Assembly (NCBI GenBank): GCA_050951805.1
Contig: JBMNJT010000002.1
Span: forward strand, 832,001-896,000
DNA: 64,000 nt
From: Bacillota bacterium
Lineage (GTDB): Bacteria; Bacillota; DTU025
Direction of reading: 5' to 3'
In this document: piece after piece, positions 10,488 through 19,931 of the stretch
How positions within the stretch are numbered: position 1 is the first letter of the stretch
Layout: the number at the start of each line of letters is the position of its first letter
Program-made: the position numbers and the translations under genes
Notes under the pieces: generated by a model
Seen by the model: the letters and a program-made list of their open reading frames with translations, nothing else
Database searches by the model: none
What the model was told of the DNA's origin: nothing

Positions 10488-11906
10488 ATGCAAATGACCG
10501 ATGGGACAAGCGGAGCGCGCGGGCAGATGCGCAATTGGCCACAGGCGCTCCTACTAGTAATTGTAATTGTGAGCCTTGTGTTTGCCTATTCGCAATGGGC
10601 CGCCAAGCAAAGGCTGGAAGTGGCGGTGGGGAACCAGTATTTTCGGTCATTCTTCGATCTTCTGGGAAATGTAGACAATGTCCGAGTAGCGCTATCCAAG
10701 AGCCTTGCATCCGGTTCTCCCAGACTCCGCGTGGGTGCGCTCTCTGATGTTTGGCGGGAGGCCAGCAATGCGCAGGCGAATCTGAACAACCTTCCTGTAA
10801 CCCACAAGGTTTTGGCGCGGACTTCAGCCTTCCTGACACAGGTAGGCGACTTTGCGTTTACAACTGCGCGCAAGGTAGCGAACCAGCAGGTGATGAGCGA
10901 GGATGATTGGAACAAACTTGTCGACATGAAGAAGCAATCGGAAGACCTGGCGCGTGGACTCGCCGACATGCAGGCACAGGTATCTACAGGTAAGGTGAAT
11001 TGGGTTAGAGTAGCCGAACAGGCAAAATCAGAAGTGAAACCGAAACCAGGCACAAGCGCTACTCCAGATGTGGTTAAGGACGGCTTCACTAGAGTCGACG
11101 AACAGGTTCAGACTTTCCCGACTCTGATATATGACGGACCTTTCTCGGATCATATCGAGCAGATCAGGCCAAGGGGAATCACTGGCGCGGAGATCACCGC
11201 CGATCAGGCCAAAGAGGTGGCTCGCAGATTCGTTCCATTTGACGCCTCATCCCATTTTGCAACGGTGGAAGAGAATATAAAGGCCAAAGGGGACATTGAC
11301 ATCTACAGGGTGCGGCTTGACGCCCCGAAGAGGAGCGGAAAGCCGGACGCAGTTGTTGACGTGACGAAGAAGGGCGGACACGTTGTGCTGATGAACGTGG
11401 CGCGGGATCTTGACAAAAAGACGATAGATCTGGCTGAGTCTGTCAAGCGTGCTAGCGCCTTCTTAAGCAAAGTTGGAATGGTCAATATGACTCCCACATT
11501 TGCATCTGAGGTTGGTGATGTCACTATTGTCCCGTTCGTATACACGCAGGATGGTGTGGTGATCTATCCGGACCAGGTCAAAGTGAAGGTGGCTTTGGAC
11601 AATGGTGATATTCTCTCCTATGATGCATTGGCCTACCTAACCTCCCACACTATGCGCCGACTTCCCAAACCTTCGATCGATGCAGATGAGGCACGGGAAC
11701 TCCTCAGTCCGGCGCTTACGGTAACCGAGTCGGCCCGTCTTGCGGTGATCCCAGTGGAGACAGTTGACACGCCCGAGGCGTTCTGCTGGGAGTTTAGGGG
11801 TACATCCTATGGAGAACAGTTTTTTGTTTACATCAATGCTGAAAAAGGAACCGAGGAGAAAGTACTGCAGCTCATTACCACGTCAGAGGGGAGTCTGACC
11901 ATGTAG
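10488..11906 (+). CDS. ypeB: Germination protein YpeB
   Basis: N-terminal TM, PTLIYDGPFSDH motif, C-terminal PepSY-like repeats; follows sleB. Confidence 0.92.
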   Translation: MQMTDGTSGARGQMRNWPQALLLVIVIVSLVFAYSQWAAKQRLEVAVGNQYFRSFFDLLGNVDNVRVALSKSLASGSPRLRVGALSDVWREASNAQANLNNLPVTHKVLARTSAFLTQVGDFAFTTARKVANQQVMSEDDWNKLVDMKKQSEDLARGLADMQAQVSTGKVNWVRVAEQAKSEVKPKPGTSATPDVVKDGFTRVDEQVQTFPTLIYDGPFSDHIEQIRPRGITGAEITADQAKEVARRFVPFDASSHFATVEENIKAKGDIDIYRVRLDAPKRSGKPDAVVDVTKKGGHVVLMNVARDLDKKTIDLAESVKRASAFLSKVGMVNMTPTFASEVGDVTIVPFVYTQDGVVIYPDQVKVKVALDNGDILSYDALAYLTSHTMRRLPKPSIDADEARELLSPALTVTESARLAVIPVETVDTPEAFCWEFRGTSYGEQFFVYINAEKGTEEKVLQLITTSEGSLTM

Positions 11907-12010
11907 TGGCACGGCTTAAGTCGCGCCATATGGGACCTGGCGAAAGGAAGACGGGTGAGGCCTGTGGAATTACTCAGACCTGTGTGGCCCAAAAGGCCTA
12001 AAACAGGGAG

Positions 12011-12622
12011 GTGTGTGCACTGTCTGAACACTATTTCACGACCTCACCCACATCTCCGCACGAGCGCCGAATCATACCCTATACTCCGAGAGGTGGCAGG
12101 GAACTCAGCTTTGAAACGGATGCCGGGGTTTTCTCGAAGACTCGTGTGGATCGAGGCACAGACCAGCTTATACAGGCTATCCGGATTAGTCCGGGTCAGT
12201 CCCTCTTGGATCTAGGATGCGGTTACGGAGTTGTTGGGATCTCCATCGCCTCACTTCATCCGGAATGTGAGATATGGATGACTGACATCAATGAACGCGC
12301 TTGCGAGCTTGCCCGGGCCAACGCCCGCAGAAATGGAGTGGAGCGCGTGACGGTTGTGTCAGGAGATGGTTTTGACCCTGTTCGGGGCAGGATGTTCCAT
12401 GTTATAGCGACCAATCCGCCTATCCGCGCCGGCCGGGCGGTCCTGTATCGTTTGATTGAAGAGGCCCATGATCACCTTGAGCCTGGTGGAAGCTTCTACG
12501 CAGTAGTTCGCACCAAACAGGGGGCTGCTTCTCTCAAAGCATTTATTGCTCAAACCTACGGCAACGCTGATGAGCCTGAAATAGGCGGGGGCTATAGAGT
12601 GATAAGGGCTTTCAGGGAGTGA
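12011..12622 (+). CDS. Class I SAM methyltransferase, RsmC/YbxB-like
   Basis: GVFSK, LDLGCGYG, TNPPIRAG. Confidence 0.88.
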   Translation: MCALSEHYFTTSPTSPHERRIIPYTPRGGRELSFETDAGVFSKTRVDRGTDQLIQAIRISPGQSLLDLGCGYGVVGISIASLHPECEIWMTDINERACELARANARRNGVERVTVVSGDGFDPVRGRMFHVIATNPPIRAGRAVLYRLIEEAHDHLEPGGSFYAVVRTKQGAASLKAFIAQTYGNADEPEIGGGYRVIRAFRE

Positions 12623-12707
12623 CCAGTCAGTCTTGCGCATTTTGGAGCAGGTTGTCAGGCCGGACAAAAGCTGTGGGCAGCACGGAGCTTAGGCATATCG
12701 GACACAG

Positions 12708-12737
12708 GTCATTTGGAGGGTGCCTCCGGCATATTCT
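12708..12737 (+). promoter_or_regulatory. Putative sigma-E promoter of cwlD
   Basis: GTCATT-16 nt-CATATTCT resembles the sigma-E consensus; cwlD is sigma-E/G controlled in Bacillus. Confidence 0.5.
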
Positions 12738-12792
12738 GTTTAGGAGCTGAGGCCGCATAAGTCGCGAGCCTTGCCGCCTGGAGGCCTGCGAA

Positions 12793-14049
12793 ATGAAAAG
12801 ACCTGTGATCTTTATCGCGTTGCCGGTGCGCACAGCTGTCTTGATTGGTATAGCAGTGCTGATTGGTGTTGTGATCTATGCTGTGCAGGTCCTTGTTGTC
12901 ACTACATTGGCGCCGGTCCGCGATGTCGTCTCCGGAAAGACAGTGGCTATAGACGCCGGACATGGCGGCCCGGATTCTGGCGCCCGCGGAAAAAGTGGAA
13001 TCATAGAGAAGGACATCAATCTTCACATCGCATTGGAGCTAAGGCAATTGCTAGGGCGCGTAGCTGTGTATACTGTGATGACCCGGGAATCAGACCATGG
13101 CCTGATCGCAGACGGAGAGGACATCACAGGATCCAGAAAGCGCATGGAGCTGGAACGGCGGGCGAATCTCGTGAACGCCAACTCTCCAGACATATTCGTC
13201 ACGATACACACCAACAGCTTTCCTGAGCCGCAGTGGTCCGGCGCACAGGTCTTCTATAATGCCGCGTCAGCGGAGGGCAGGAAACTGGCTGTACATATCC
13301 AGACTGAGCTGGTAAACCGCCTCGGACCCAACACTCGGAAGGCTCGCCCAGCCGACATATACTTGCTCAAGAAGGTAAAGGCGCCTTCTGCCCTTGTAGA
13401 GGTAGGGTTTCTGTCGAACCCGCGCGAGGAAAGGCTTCTTGCAGATGCCGCCTATCGCGTGAAAGTTGCAGAAGCAGTATTCCATGGAATTATGGCCTAT
13501 TTCATGGACAGCCAGGGTGAAGCAGGCAATGTTCTTGCGCCAGACGATGATTCGGATGAAGCATGGGGCCTTGTTACGAAAGTAGGCACTGCTACATCTC
13601 AGCTTACTCCTGATTCCACCATCCTCTACTTTGGTGGCCCCACGAATCTCGATGATTCGCTGATGCCTGAGGCCAGGGAGATACCGGGACTGAAAAGCCT
13701 CAACAAGATTGAAGCCCTCGCCGCAGTTGTGCGAGCGACAATAGCAGGGCCGGGCAAGGACAGCATACTCCAGCCGACAATTCCGCGGGGCACGGTATTG
13801 CGTTCAGTTAGACTGCAGGGAGACACAGCTGTGGCCGACTTCAGCGCTGAGCTGGTAATGAATCACTGGGGAGGCAGTCGTTCAGAGGAGATGACGGTGT
13901 ACTCGATTGTCAATGCCCTGACCGAGTTTTCGTATGTAAAGAAGGTTGAGATTCTGGTAGAGGGGAAGCCTCTCCAGACTATCTCGGGCCATATGCAGAT
14001 AGAGGGCCCTCTGGAACGAAACCTGTCAATTGTCCATTTTAGAACGTAG
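12793..14049 (+). CDS. cwlD: CwlD-type N-acetylmuramoyl-L-alanine amidase fused to a C-terminal GerMN domain
   Basis: N-terminal TM; Amidase_3 motifs DAGHGG, EKDIN, IHTNSFP, WSGAQVFY, LVEVGFLSN; GerMN motifs LYF, PTIPRGT, ADFS, VYSIVNALTE. Confidence 0.85.
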   Translation: MKRPVIFIALPVRTAVLIGIAVLIGVVIYAVQVLVVTTLAPVRDVVSGKTVAIDAGHGGPDSGARGKSGIIEKDINLHIALELRQLLGRVAVYTVMTRESDHGLIADGEDITGSRKRMELERRANLVNANSPDIFVTIHTNSFPEPQWSGAQVFYNAASAEGRKLAVHIQTELVNRLGPNTRKARPADIYLLKKVKAPSALVEVGFLSNPREERLLADAAYRVKVAEAVFHGIMAYFMDSQGEAGNVLAPDDDSDEAWGLVTKVGTATSQLTPDSTILYFGGPTNLDDSLMPEAREIPGLKSLNKIEALAAVVRATIAGPGKDSILQPTIPRGTVLRSVRLQGDTAVADFSAELVMNHWGGSRSEEMTVYSIVNALTEFSYVKKVEILVEGKPLQTISGHMQIEGPLERNLSIVHFRT

Positions 14050-14068
14050 TCAAGGTGAAGTTGGAGCA

Positions 14069-14096
14069 CAAGGATAAAAGGCGCCGGATGAAGAAT
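14069..14096 (+). promoter_or_regulatory. Putative sigma-H promoter
   Basis: CAAGGATAA-12 nt-GAAGAAT. Confidence 0.4.
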
Positions 14097-14148
14097 AGCT
14101 ATTTATAGGCGCGCATTGGAAATGCAAGGTGCCCTGGAGGTCGGAACT

Positions 14149-15447
14149 GTGGAACTAGTTATAGCAGGTGGCAAGCGGCTTGTGGGGTCGGTTCGCGCTG
14201 GTGGAAGCAAGAACGCTGCAATCGCGATAATGGCAGGATCACTCTTGGCTGAAGGCGATACCATTATCGAGAACGCGCCTGGCGCCAGGGATGTCTCCGT
14301 GATGTCGGCAGTGCTTCGAGAGATGGGGGTCAGTATCAGGAGGGCGGGCCCCTCAGCTCTGCGTGTTCGCACACATCGCTTGATTCATCATGAACCACCG
14401 TATGAGCTCGCCAAGACGCTCAGGGCTTCCAGCCTTTTGCTAGGCCCTCTCCTAGCAAGAAAGGGGAAGGCGAGCATTCCATTGCCAGGCGGCGACAGTA
14501 TTGGATCGAGGCCTATGGACTTGCACATTAAGGGGCTCCGCGCCCTTGGCGCTGACATCGAGGTTGAACACGGATACATCGTGGCCAAGGCTCCTCGCCT
14601 GGAAGGAGCTAGAGTTTATCTTGATTTTCCCAGCGTTGGCGCCACAGAAAACATCATGATGGCTGCTTGCCTTGCAAATGGGACAAGCATCATAGAGAAC
14701 GCCGCTAAAGAGCCTGAAATTGTAGATCTTGCCAATTTCCTCACCTTGATGGGCGCAAACATACGTGGGGCTGGGACTGATACGATTCGCGTCGACGGGG
14801 TCGATTCATTGAGAGGAGTTGCTTACTCCGTAATTCCCGACAGGATTGAGGCCGCCACTCTTCTGGCAGCGGGAATAATCACCCATGGGCAGGTTAAAGT
14901 CGGCAATATCATCCCTACGCATCTTGAGTCTGTGCTTTCCAAGTTTAGCGAAATGGGCGCTTCCATAACAGTTGGCGATGACTATGTTGAGGCAGCAATG
15001 GATGGCCCGATACAGCCATGCGACACAAAAACCCTTCCTTATCCAGGATTTCCTACTGACATGCAGCCACAGCTTTCGGCTGTCCTGTCCGTCGCATCAG
15101 GGGTGAGCGTCATTACTGAGTCGGTGTTTGAAAGCCGTTTCTTCCACGTGGACGAGCTCAAGAGGATGGGGGCTGATATTCGCCTTGAGGGCAGGAGCAT
15201 CATAGTCGAGGGGGTACCTGGCCTCACTGGCGCTAGGGTACATGCTGGCGATCTAAGAACAGGTGCGGCGCTGATCTTGGCAGGGTTGGCTGCGGAGGGC
15301 GAAACAGTGATCTCTGGGGCGGAAAATATCGACCGCGGACACGATGACCTCTGCTCGAAGATGAATTCTCTGGGCGCCCGTGTGAAGCGGCAGGATTCTC
15401 AGAGGTGTGTCGCGGCAGGGGAGGAGAATGAGACATGGGTGAACTAG
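14149..15447 (+). CDS. murA: UDP-N-acetylglucosamine 1-carboxyvinyltransferase (Cys-to-Asp variant)
   Basis: GSKNA, LPGGDSIGSRP, SVGATEN, PDRIEA, YPGFPTDMQ; GTG start after GGAGG. Confidence 0.95.
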   Translation: MELVIAGGKRLVGSVRAGGSKNAAIAIMAGSLLAEGDTIIENAPGARDVSVMSAVLREMGVSIRRAGPSALRVRTHRLIHHEPPYELAKTLRASSLLLGPLLARKGKASIPLPGGDSIGSRPMDLHIKGLRALGADIEVEHGYIVAKAPRLEGARVYLDFPSVGATENIMMAACLANGTSIIENAAKEPEIVDLANFLTLMGANIRGAGTDTIRVDGVDSLRGVAYSVIPDRIEAATLLAAGIITHGQVKVGNIIPTHLESVLSKFSEMGASITVGDDYVEAAMDGPIQPCDTKTLPYPGFPTDMQPQLSAVLSVASGVSVITESVFESRFFHVDELKRMGADIRLEGRSIIVEGVPGLTGARVHAGDLRTGAALILAGLAAEGETVISGAENIDRGHDDLCSKMNSLGARVKRQDSQRCVAAGEENETWVN

Positions 15448-16838
15448 TCCTGGCAGCTCTTGCTCCACATCCCCCAATAATCGTTCCGGGAGTGGGAGGG
15501 CGTGAGGCTGCAAAGGCTCAGAAGACCATCGATGCAATGGAGGAGTTGGCCAGGGAGTTCGCTGCAGCGAGGCCGGACACGGTGGTGGTGATCTCGCCTC
15601 ATGCTCCGGTATTTGCAGACGCTATAGCCATAGATGGTCGTCCGCATCTTTCAGGCGATCTGGCCCAATTCGGCGCCGATGTTGAGTTAGACTTTTACAG
15701 CAATCTAGAGCTTATGCAAGCCATCGAAGATGAAGCGCACGCCGCAGGTATTTCTGTGGCCGTACTTGAGCCGGCGCTTGCTAGGCGTTACAGGGTGCCG
15801 TCAGGGCTCGACCATGGCGCGGTTGTCCCACTGTATTTTCTCGCTAAGGAACATTATCCGTTCAGATTGGTTGCAGTATCGATGGGTGTGGGCGCATTGA
15901 ATGAGCTTTACACGTTCGGCATGTGCATGGCTTCTGCCATAGACAAGTCACAATACCGCGTTGCCGTGATTGCCAGCGGTGACCTGTCGCACCGGCTAAG
16001 CCCGGATGCACCGGCAGGATACGCCCCTGAAGGCAAGATCTTCGACGAGGCGGTAGTCGGCGCCCTTGGGGCCATGGACGTTGCAGCCCTAGCTCGGCTC
16101 GATGATGCACTAATCGAGGCTGCCGGCATGTGCGGCCTCAATCCGATTATCATGATGCTAGGATCGCTGGACGGTATTGAAGTGGAATCGGAAGTGCTCT
16201 CCTATGAGGGTCCTTTTGGGGTAGGGTATGCTGTCGTTGCCCTGCGCCCAAAGGGTAGATCAGAGGAAGCCCGCCGTTTCCATGAGCTTGTTGAAGGCGG
16301 AAAAGAGAAAACGAGGAAGCTGAGGCACTCGGAGTCAGCTTTTGCAGCATTGGCTAGGAGAGCTGTGGAGGCCTATGTTCGCAGAGGTGTAGTTGTGGAA
16401 CCTCCTGATCCGCTCCCTGAAGGCATGCAGGGGAGGGCGGGCGTGTTCTGCACGCTCCACAAAAGGGGCCAGCTGCGCGGCTGTATAGGGACTACAGAGC
16501 CGACGCGCCGGAACATTGCAGAGGAAATCATCTTCAATGCCATAGCCGCGGCTGTGCGCGATCCTCGTTTCGAGCCGGTTGCTCCTCACGAGTTGGATGA
16601 CATTGTATACTCTGTGGACGTTCTTTCCCCTCCGGAACCTGTCTCCGGTCCTGAGGAACTGGATCCCCAAAGATATGGAGTCATTGTGAGGAATGGGGGA
16701 CGGGTGGGGCTTCTCCTTCCAAACCTCGAGGGGATTAACACAGTAGAGGAGCAGATCTCTATTGCGCGGCGTAAGGCCGGTATAGGTCTGAATGCGCCTG
16801 TAGAACTTGAGCGGTTTGAGGTGACTAGATACGAATAG
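15435..16838 (+). CDS. amrA: AmmeMemoRadiSam protein: LigB/MEMO-like domain fused to AMMECR1 domain
   Basis: PHPP, ISPH, LDHG, SGDLSH, then LRGCIGT, DPRF, GLLLP. Confidence 0.9.
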   Translation: MGELVLAALAPHPPIIVPGVGGREAAKAQKTIDAMEELAREFAAARPDTVVVISPHAPVFADAIAIDGRPHLSGDLAQFGADVELDFYSNLELMQAIEDEAHAAGISVAVLEPALARRYRVPSGLDHGAVVPLYFLAKEHYPFRLVAVSMGVGALNELYTFGMCMASAIDKSQYRVAVIASGDLSHRLSPDAPAGYAPEGKIFDEAVVGALGAMDVAALARLDDALIEAAGMCGLNPIIMMLGSLDGIEVESEVLSYEGPFGVGYAVVALRPKGRSEEARRFHELVEGGKEKTRKLRHSESAFAALARRAVEAYVRRGVVVEPPDPLPEGMQGRAGVFCTLHKRGQLRGCIGTTEPTRRNIAEEIIFNAIAAAVRDPRFEPVAPHELDDIVYSVDVLSPPEPVSGPEELDPQRYGVIVRNGGRVGLLLPNLEGINTVEEQISIARRKAGIGLNAPVELERFEVTRYE

Positions 16839-16845
16839 AGAGGCT

Positions 16846-17853
16846 ATGCATGTCAGGGTAGAAGATTCGCTCGGTATTTGTGAGCTGTGTCCCCGTAGAT
16901 GCAAGCTTCAAGAGGGTGCAACGGGAGCATGCCGGGTTCGGACCATGATCGGGGGACGGATCATTCCGAAGAACTACGGCGCTATCACTTCTATGGCGAT
17001 AGACCCTATAGAGAAGAAGCCTCTGTATCATTTCATGCCAGGCTCGGGAGTCTTGTCTGTGGGGACGTTCGGTTGCAACCTGTCATGTAGATACTGCCAA
17101 AACTGGGCAATATCGCAACGACACGCAGAATCCAGATTCTTTACTCCCGACCAGTTGGCGGACTTGGCAGAAAGCATGCGGGAGCAGTCAGTTGGTGTTG
17201 CTTACACCTACTCTGAGCCTTTCGTTTGGTACGAATTTGTGTATGATTGCGCTAAACTCGTGCACGAGATCGGGCTTTCCAATATCCTCGTCACAAACGG
17301 CTACATCAACCCTGAGCCATTGGCGGGAATATTGCCTTACGTTGATGCGATCAATGTCGATCTCAAAGGATACGATGATGAGTATTACCGGAAAGTGTGC
17401 GGAGGAACTCTCGCGCCGGTAATCTCAACGATTCGTGCTGTGTACGAATCAGGTTGCCATCTCGAATTGACTACGCTGGTAGTGCCAGGCTATAACGATT
17501 CTCCAGAAGAGATGGAACAACTTGCTTCGTGGGTTGCAAGCCTTTCGCCGGAGATTCCGTTGCACATATCGAGGTATTTTCCTAGCTATAGGATGAACGA
17601 GCCGCCAACGCCCATGGCAACAATGGAGAAATGTGTGGAGGTGGCCAAGAGACGACTGAATTATGTGTATGTAGGGAATGCCAGCATCCCTGGCGGCAGC
17701 GATACGGTCTGCCCCAACTGCGGAGAGTTACTAATAGAGAGGCGCGGATTCGCCTGTGTCACTGTTCGACTTGAAGGAGTCTCGTGTCCCAAATGTGGCC
17801 ACAAGATTCCTGTTAGGCTTGCTGGGGGCGAGAGCGCCGGAAACAAATATTGA
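16846..17853 (+). CDS. amrS: AmmeMemoRadiSam radical SAM enzyme
   Basis: CELCPRRC, DPIEKKPLYHF, CNLSCRYCQN. Confidence 0.92.
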   Translation: MHVRVEDSLGICELCPRRCKLQEGATGACRVRTMIGGRIIPKNYGAITSMAIDPIEKKPLYHFMPGSGVLSVGTFGCNLSCRYCQNWAISQRHAESRFFTPDQLADLAESMREQSVGVAYTYSEPFVWYEFVYDCAKLVHEIGLSNILVTNGYINPEPLAGILPYVDAINVDLKGYDDEYYRKVCGGTLAPVISTIRAVYESGCHLELTTLVVPGYNDSPEEMEQLASWVASLSPEIPLHISRYFPSYRMNEPPTPMATMEKCVEVAKRRLNYVYVGNASIPGGSDTVCPNCGELLIERRGFACVTVRLEGVSCPKCGHKIPVRLAGGESAGNKY

Positions 17854-17866
17854 AGGCGGTGGAAAG

Positions 17867-18835
17867 ATGACAAAGGCTCATCAACTACTCTACGACGAGC
17901 TTGGGCGCAGCTTTTCAGGGAAGGACTTCCTATCAATTCATGATTTCACTAGTGAGCAGATAATGCGGGTCATGGAATTGTCGGCGCTTCTCAAGGCAGA
18001 GCAGAAGGCGGGGGTGCGCCATCATCTCCTCGAGGGAAAGACGTTAGGCATGATATTCTTGAAACCATCGACGCGAACGAGGGTCTCGTTTGAGACGGCC
18101 ATATGGCAGCTGGGCGGTTATGGCCTTTTTCTCAGTTCAAACGATCTTCAGATCAAGCGGGGTGAACCTGTGCCTGACACAGCGCGGGTGTTGTCGCGCT
18201 ACCTTGACGCCATAATGATCAGGACTTTTGGCCACGATGAAGTTGTTGAATTGGCTGAATGGGCATCCATTCCCGTCATCAATGGACTTACCGACTTGCT
18301 CCATCCGTGCCAGGTGATGGCCGATGTGTTTACCGGAATCGAAAGATTTGGGGATCTCAGAGGCCGCAAGCTTACGTATATAGGCGATGGAAACAATATG
18401 GTTCATTCCTTGATGTACGCCGGCGCCAAACTGGGGATGCATGTTACGTGCGCATGCCCCGATCAATACCAGCCCGATGCTGCCGTAATGGAGGCTGCAA
18501 AGGCCGATGCAGTTGCCACCGGTGCTAGGCTCGAGGTTGTGCGCGATCCGAAGGAGGCGGCTCGAGGAGCCGATATCCTATATACGGATGTATGGGCGAG
18601 CATGGGGATGGAAGCGGAGCAGGAAAAGAGAAAGAAGGACTTCCAAGGATACTGCATCGATCAGGAAATTGTGGATGCAGCCAATCCTGATTGTATTGTG
18701 CTGCACTGCCTTCCTGCACACCGTGGCGAGGAGATCACCCATGAGGTTATGGAGGGGTCTCATTCGGCTATTTGGGACGAAGCCGAAAACAGATTGCACG
18801 TTCAGAAAGCCATACTTGCGTTGGTTATGAGCTGA
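17867..18835 (+). CDS. argF: Ornithine carbamoyltransferase
   Basis: STRT, HPCQ, DVWASMG, HCLP, AENRLH. Confidence 0.95.
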   Translation: MTKAHQLLYDELGRSFSGKDFLSIHDFTSEQIMRVMELSALLKAEQKAGVRHHLLEGKTLGMIFLKPSTRTRVSFETAIWQLGGYGLFLSSNDLQIKRGEPVPDTARVLSRYLDAIMIRTFGHDEVVELAEWASIPVINGLTDLLHPCQVMADVFTGIERFGDLRGRKLTYIGDGNNMVHSLMYAGAKLGMHVTCACPDQYQPDAAVMEAAKADAVATGARLEVVRDPKEAARGADILYTDVWASMGMEAEQEKRKKDFQGYCIDQEIVDAANPDCIVLHCLPAHRGEEITHEVMEGSHSAIWDEAENRLHVQKAILALVMS

Positions 18836-18861
18836 TCTGGTGTTTGAGAAGGATAATCGGG

Positions 18862-18899
18862 GCGCGGATCCCTATCGCCGTAGCAGGGGTCCGCGCTTT
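18862..18899 (+). terminator. Intrinsic terminator
   Basis: GCGCGGATCCCT...AGGGGTCCGCGC followed by TTT. Confidence 0.6.
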
Positions 18900-19931
18900 G
18901 TCGTAGGGGCGAGACCGTGGCGGCCCGGGTTGGATAGGGCGCTCCAAACGAGATAGGGTGGGACGGCTGCAGAAAACCGTGCTGACGCTGGGTAGGGGTC
19001 AGGCCCATCTTTCGTTGCAGGCGAAACGACCCGTGGAGCATTTGAGCACCCCCAAATGGCTGTAGCCCGACAGGTGGGATGCGAGTGTGGCGATAGCGCA
19101 AAACTTGACCAGGGGTTGCCTTCAGATCGTATGATTGGCTTGCGCCGATTCTAAGGCCAAAGAACCGGTACAACGCTGCCTTTCTGGTCAACCGGACGCT
19201 CAGCCCTTTTCATTATTTGCAGAACGCACAGGCCCTGCTGCATGTTCTCTTCCTCAAGGTATTTCCGAGATCATCGACACTTGCTTCAAAGATTGACGAT
19301 TTCCAGCTACGTCTTTGCTCCGTCAGCGTAACGGCAATTGTGCCATATTCCCCAGCGCTGCAACAGGAGACCAGGCGGTGCCGAGCAATTCCCGAGTATC
19401 CTCTGCGTGGCCAAGGAGTCTTTGTTGCGTATGGCTCAGACCCTAGCTGCCGAAGAGGGGTCAAGCACTTTTTGAGCCTTGTTTTTACCAGCTGACGCGA
19501 AGAATTTTGCCAATACGCAGCAATATATGTCCCAGATACCTCCGTACCCACAACTTACACCTGTTCAAACCCGCCTTTACCTGCAGGAACAACGCTCACA
19601 AACTAGAATTGATATTGCAGAACAGGCGATGATGCCGAGGCGAATACCGCGACCCCGCCTGTTCGCGACCGCAATATGATGCCTTTGCCATGGTGAGGGG
19701 CGAGAAAGGAGGTGCACCCCCGATAGCTCGAAAGCCCATGTTCCAGGGCGCCATACTAAGCAGCAACGCTGTGTATGCAGAGGAAGGCAACATGGACACT
19801 TCCCCGGCTAACAGCGAGACGCAGCACACATCGGAGCAACTATATGTGCCACAACAATGAGACGCAGCTATAGACGAACACATCATAACAGCAAATGCGG
19901 CACTATACGAAGTAACCAAGGGGGAACAAAC

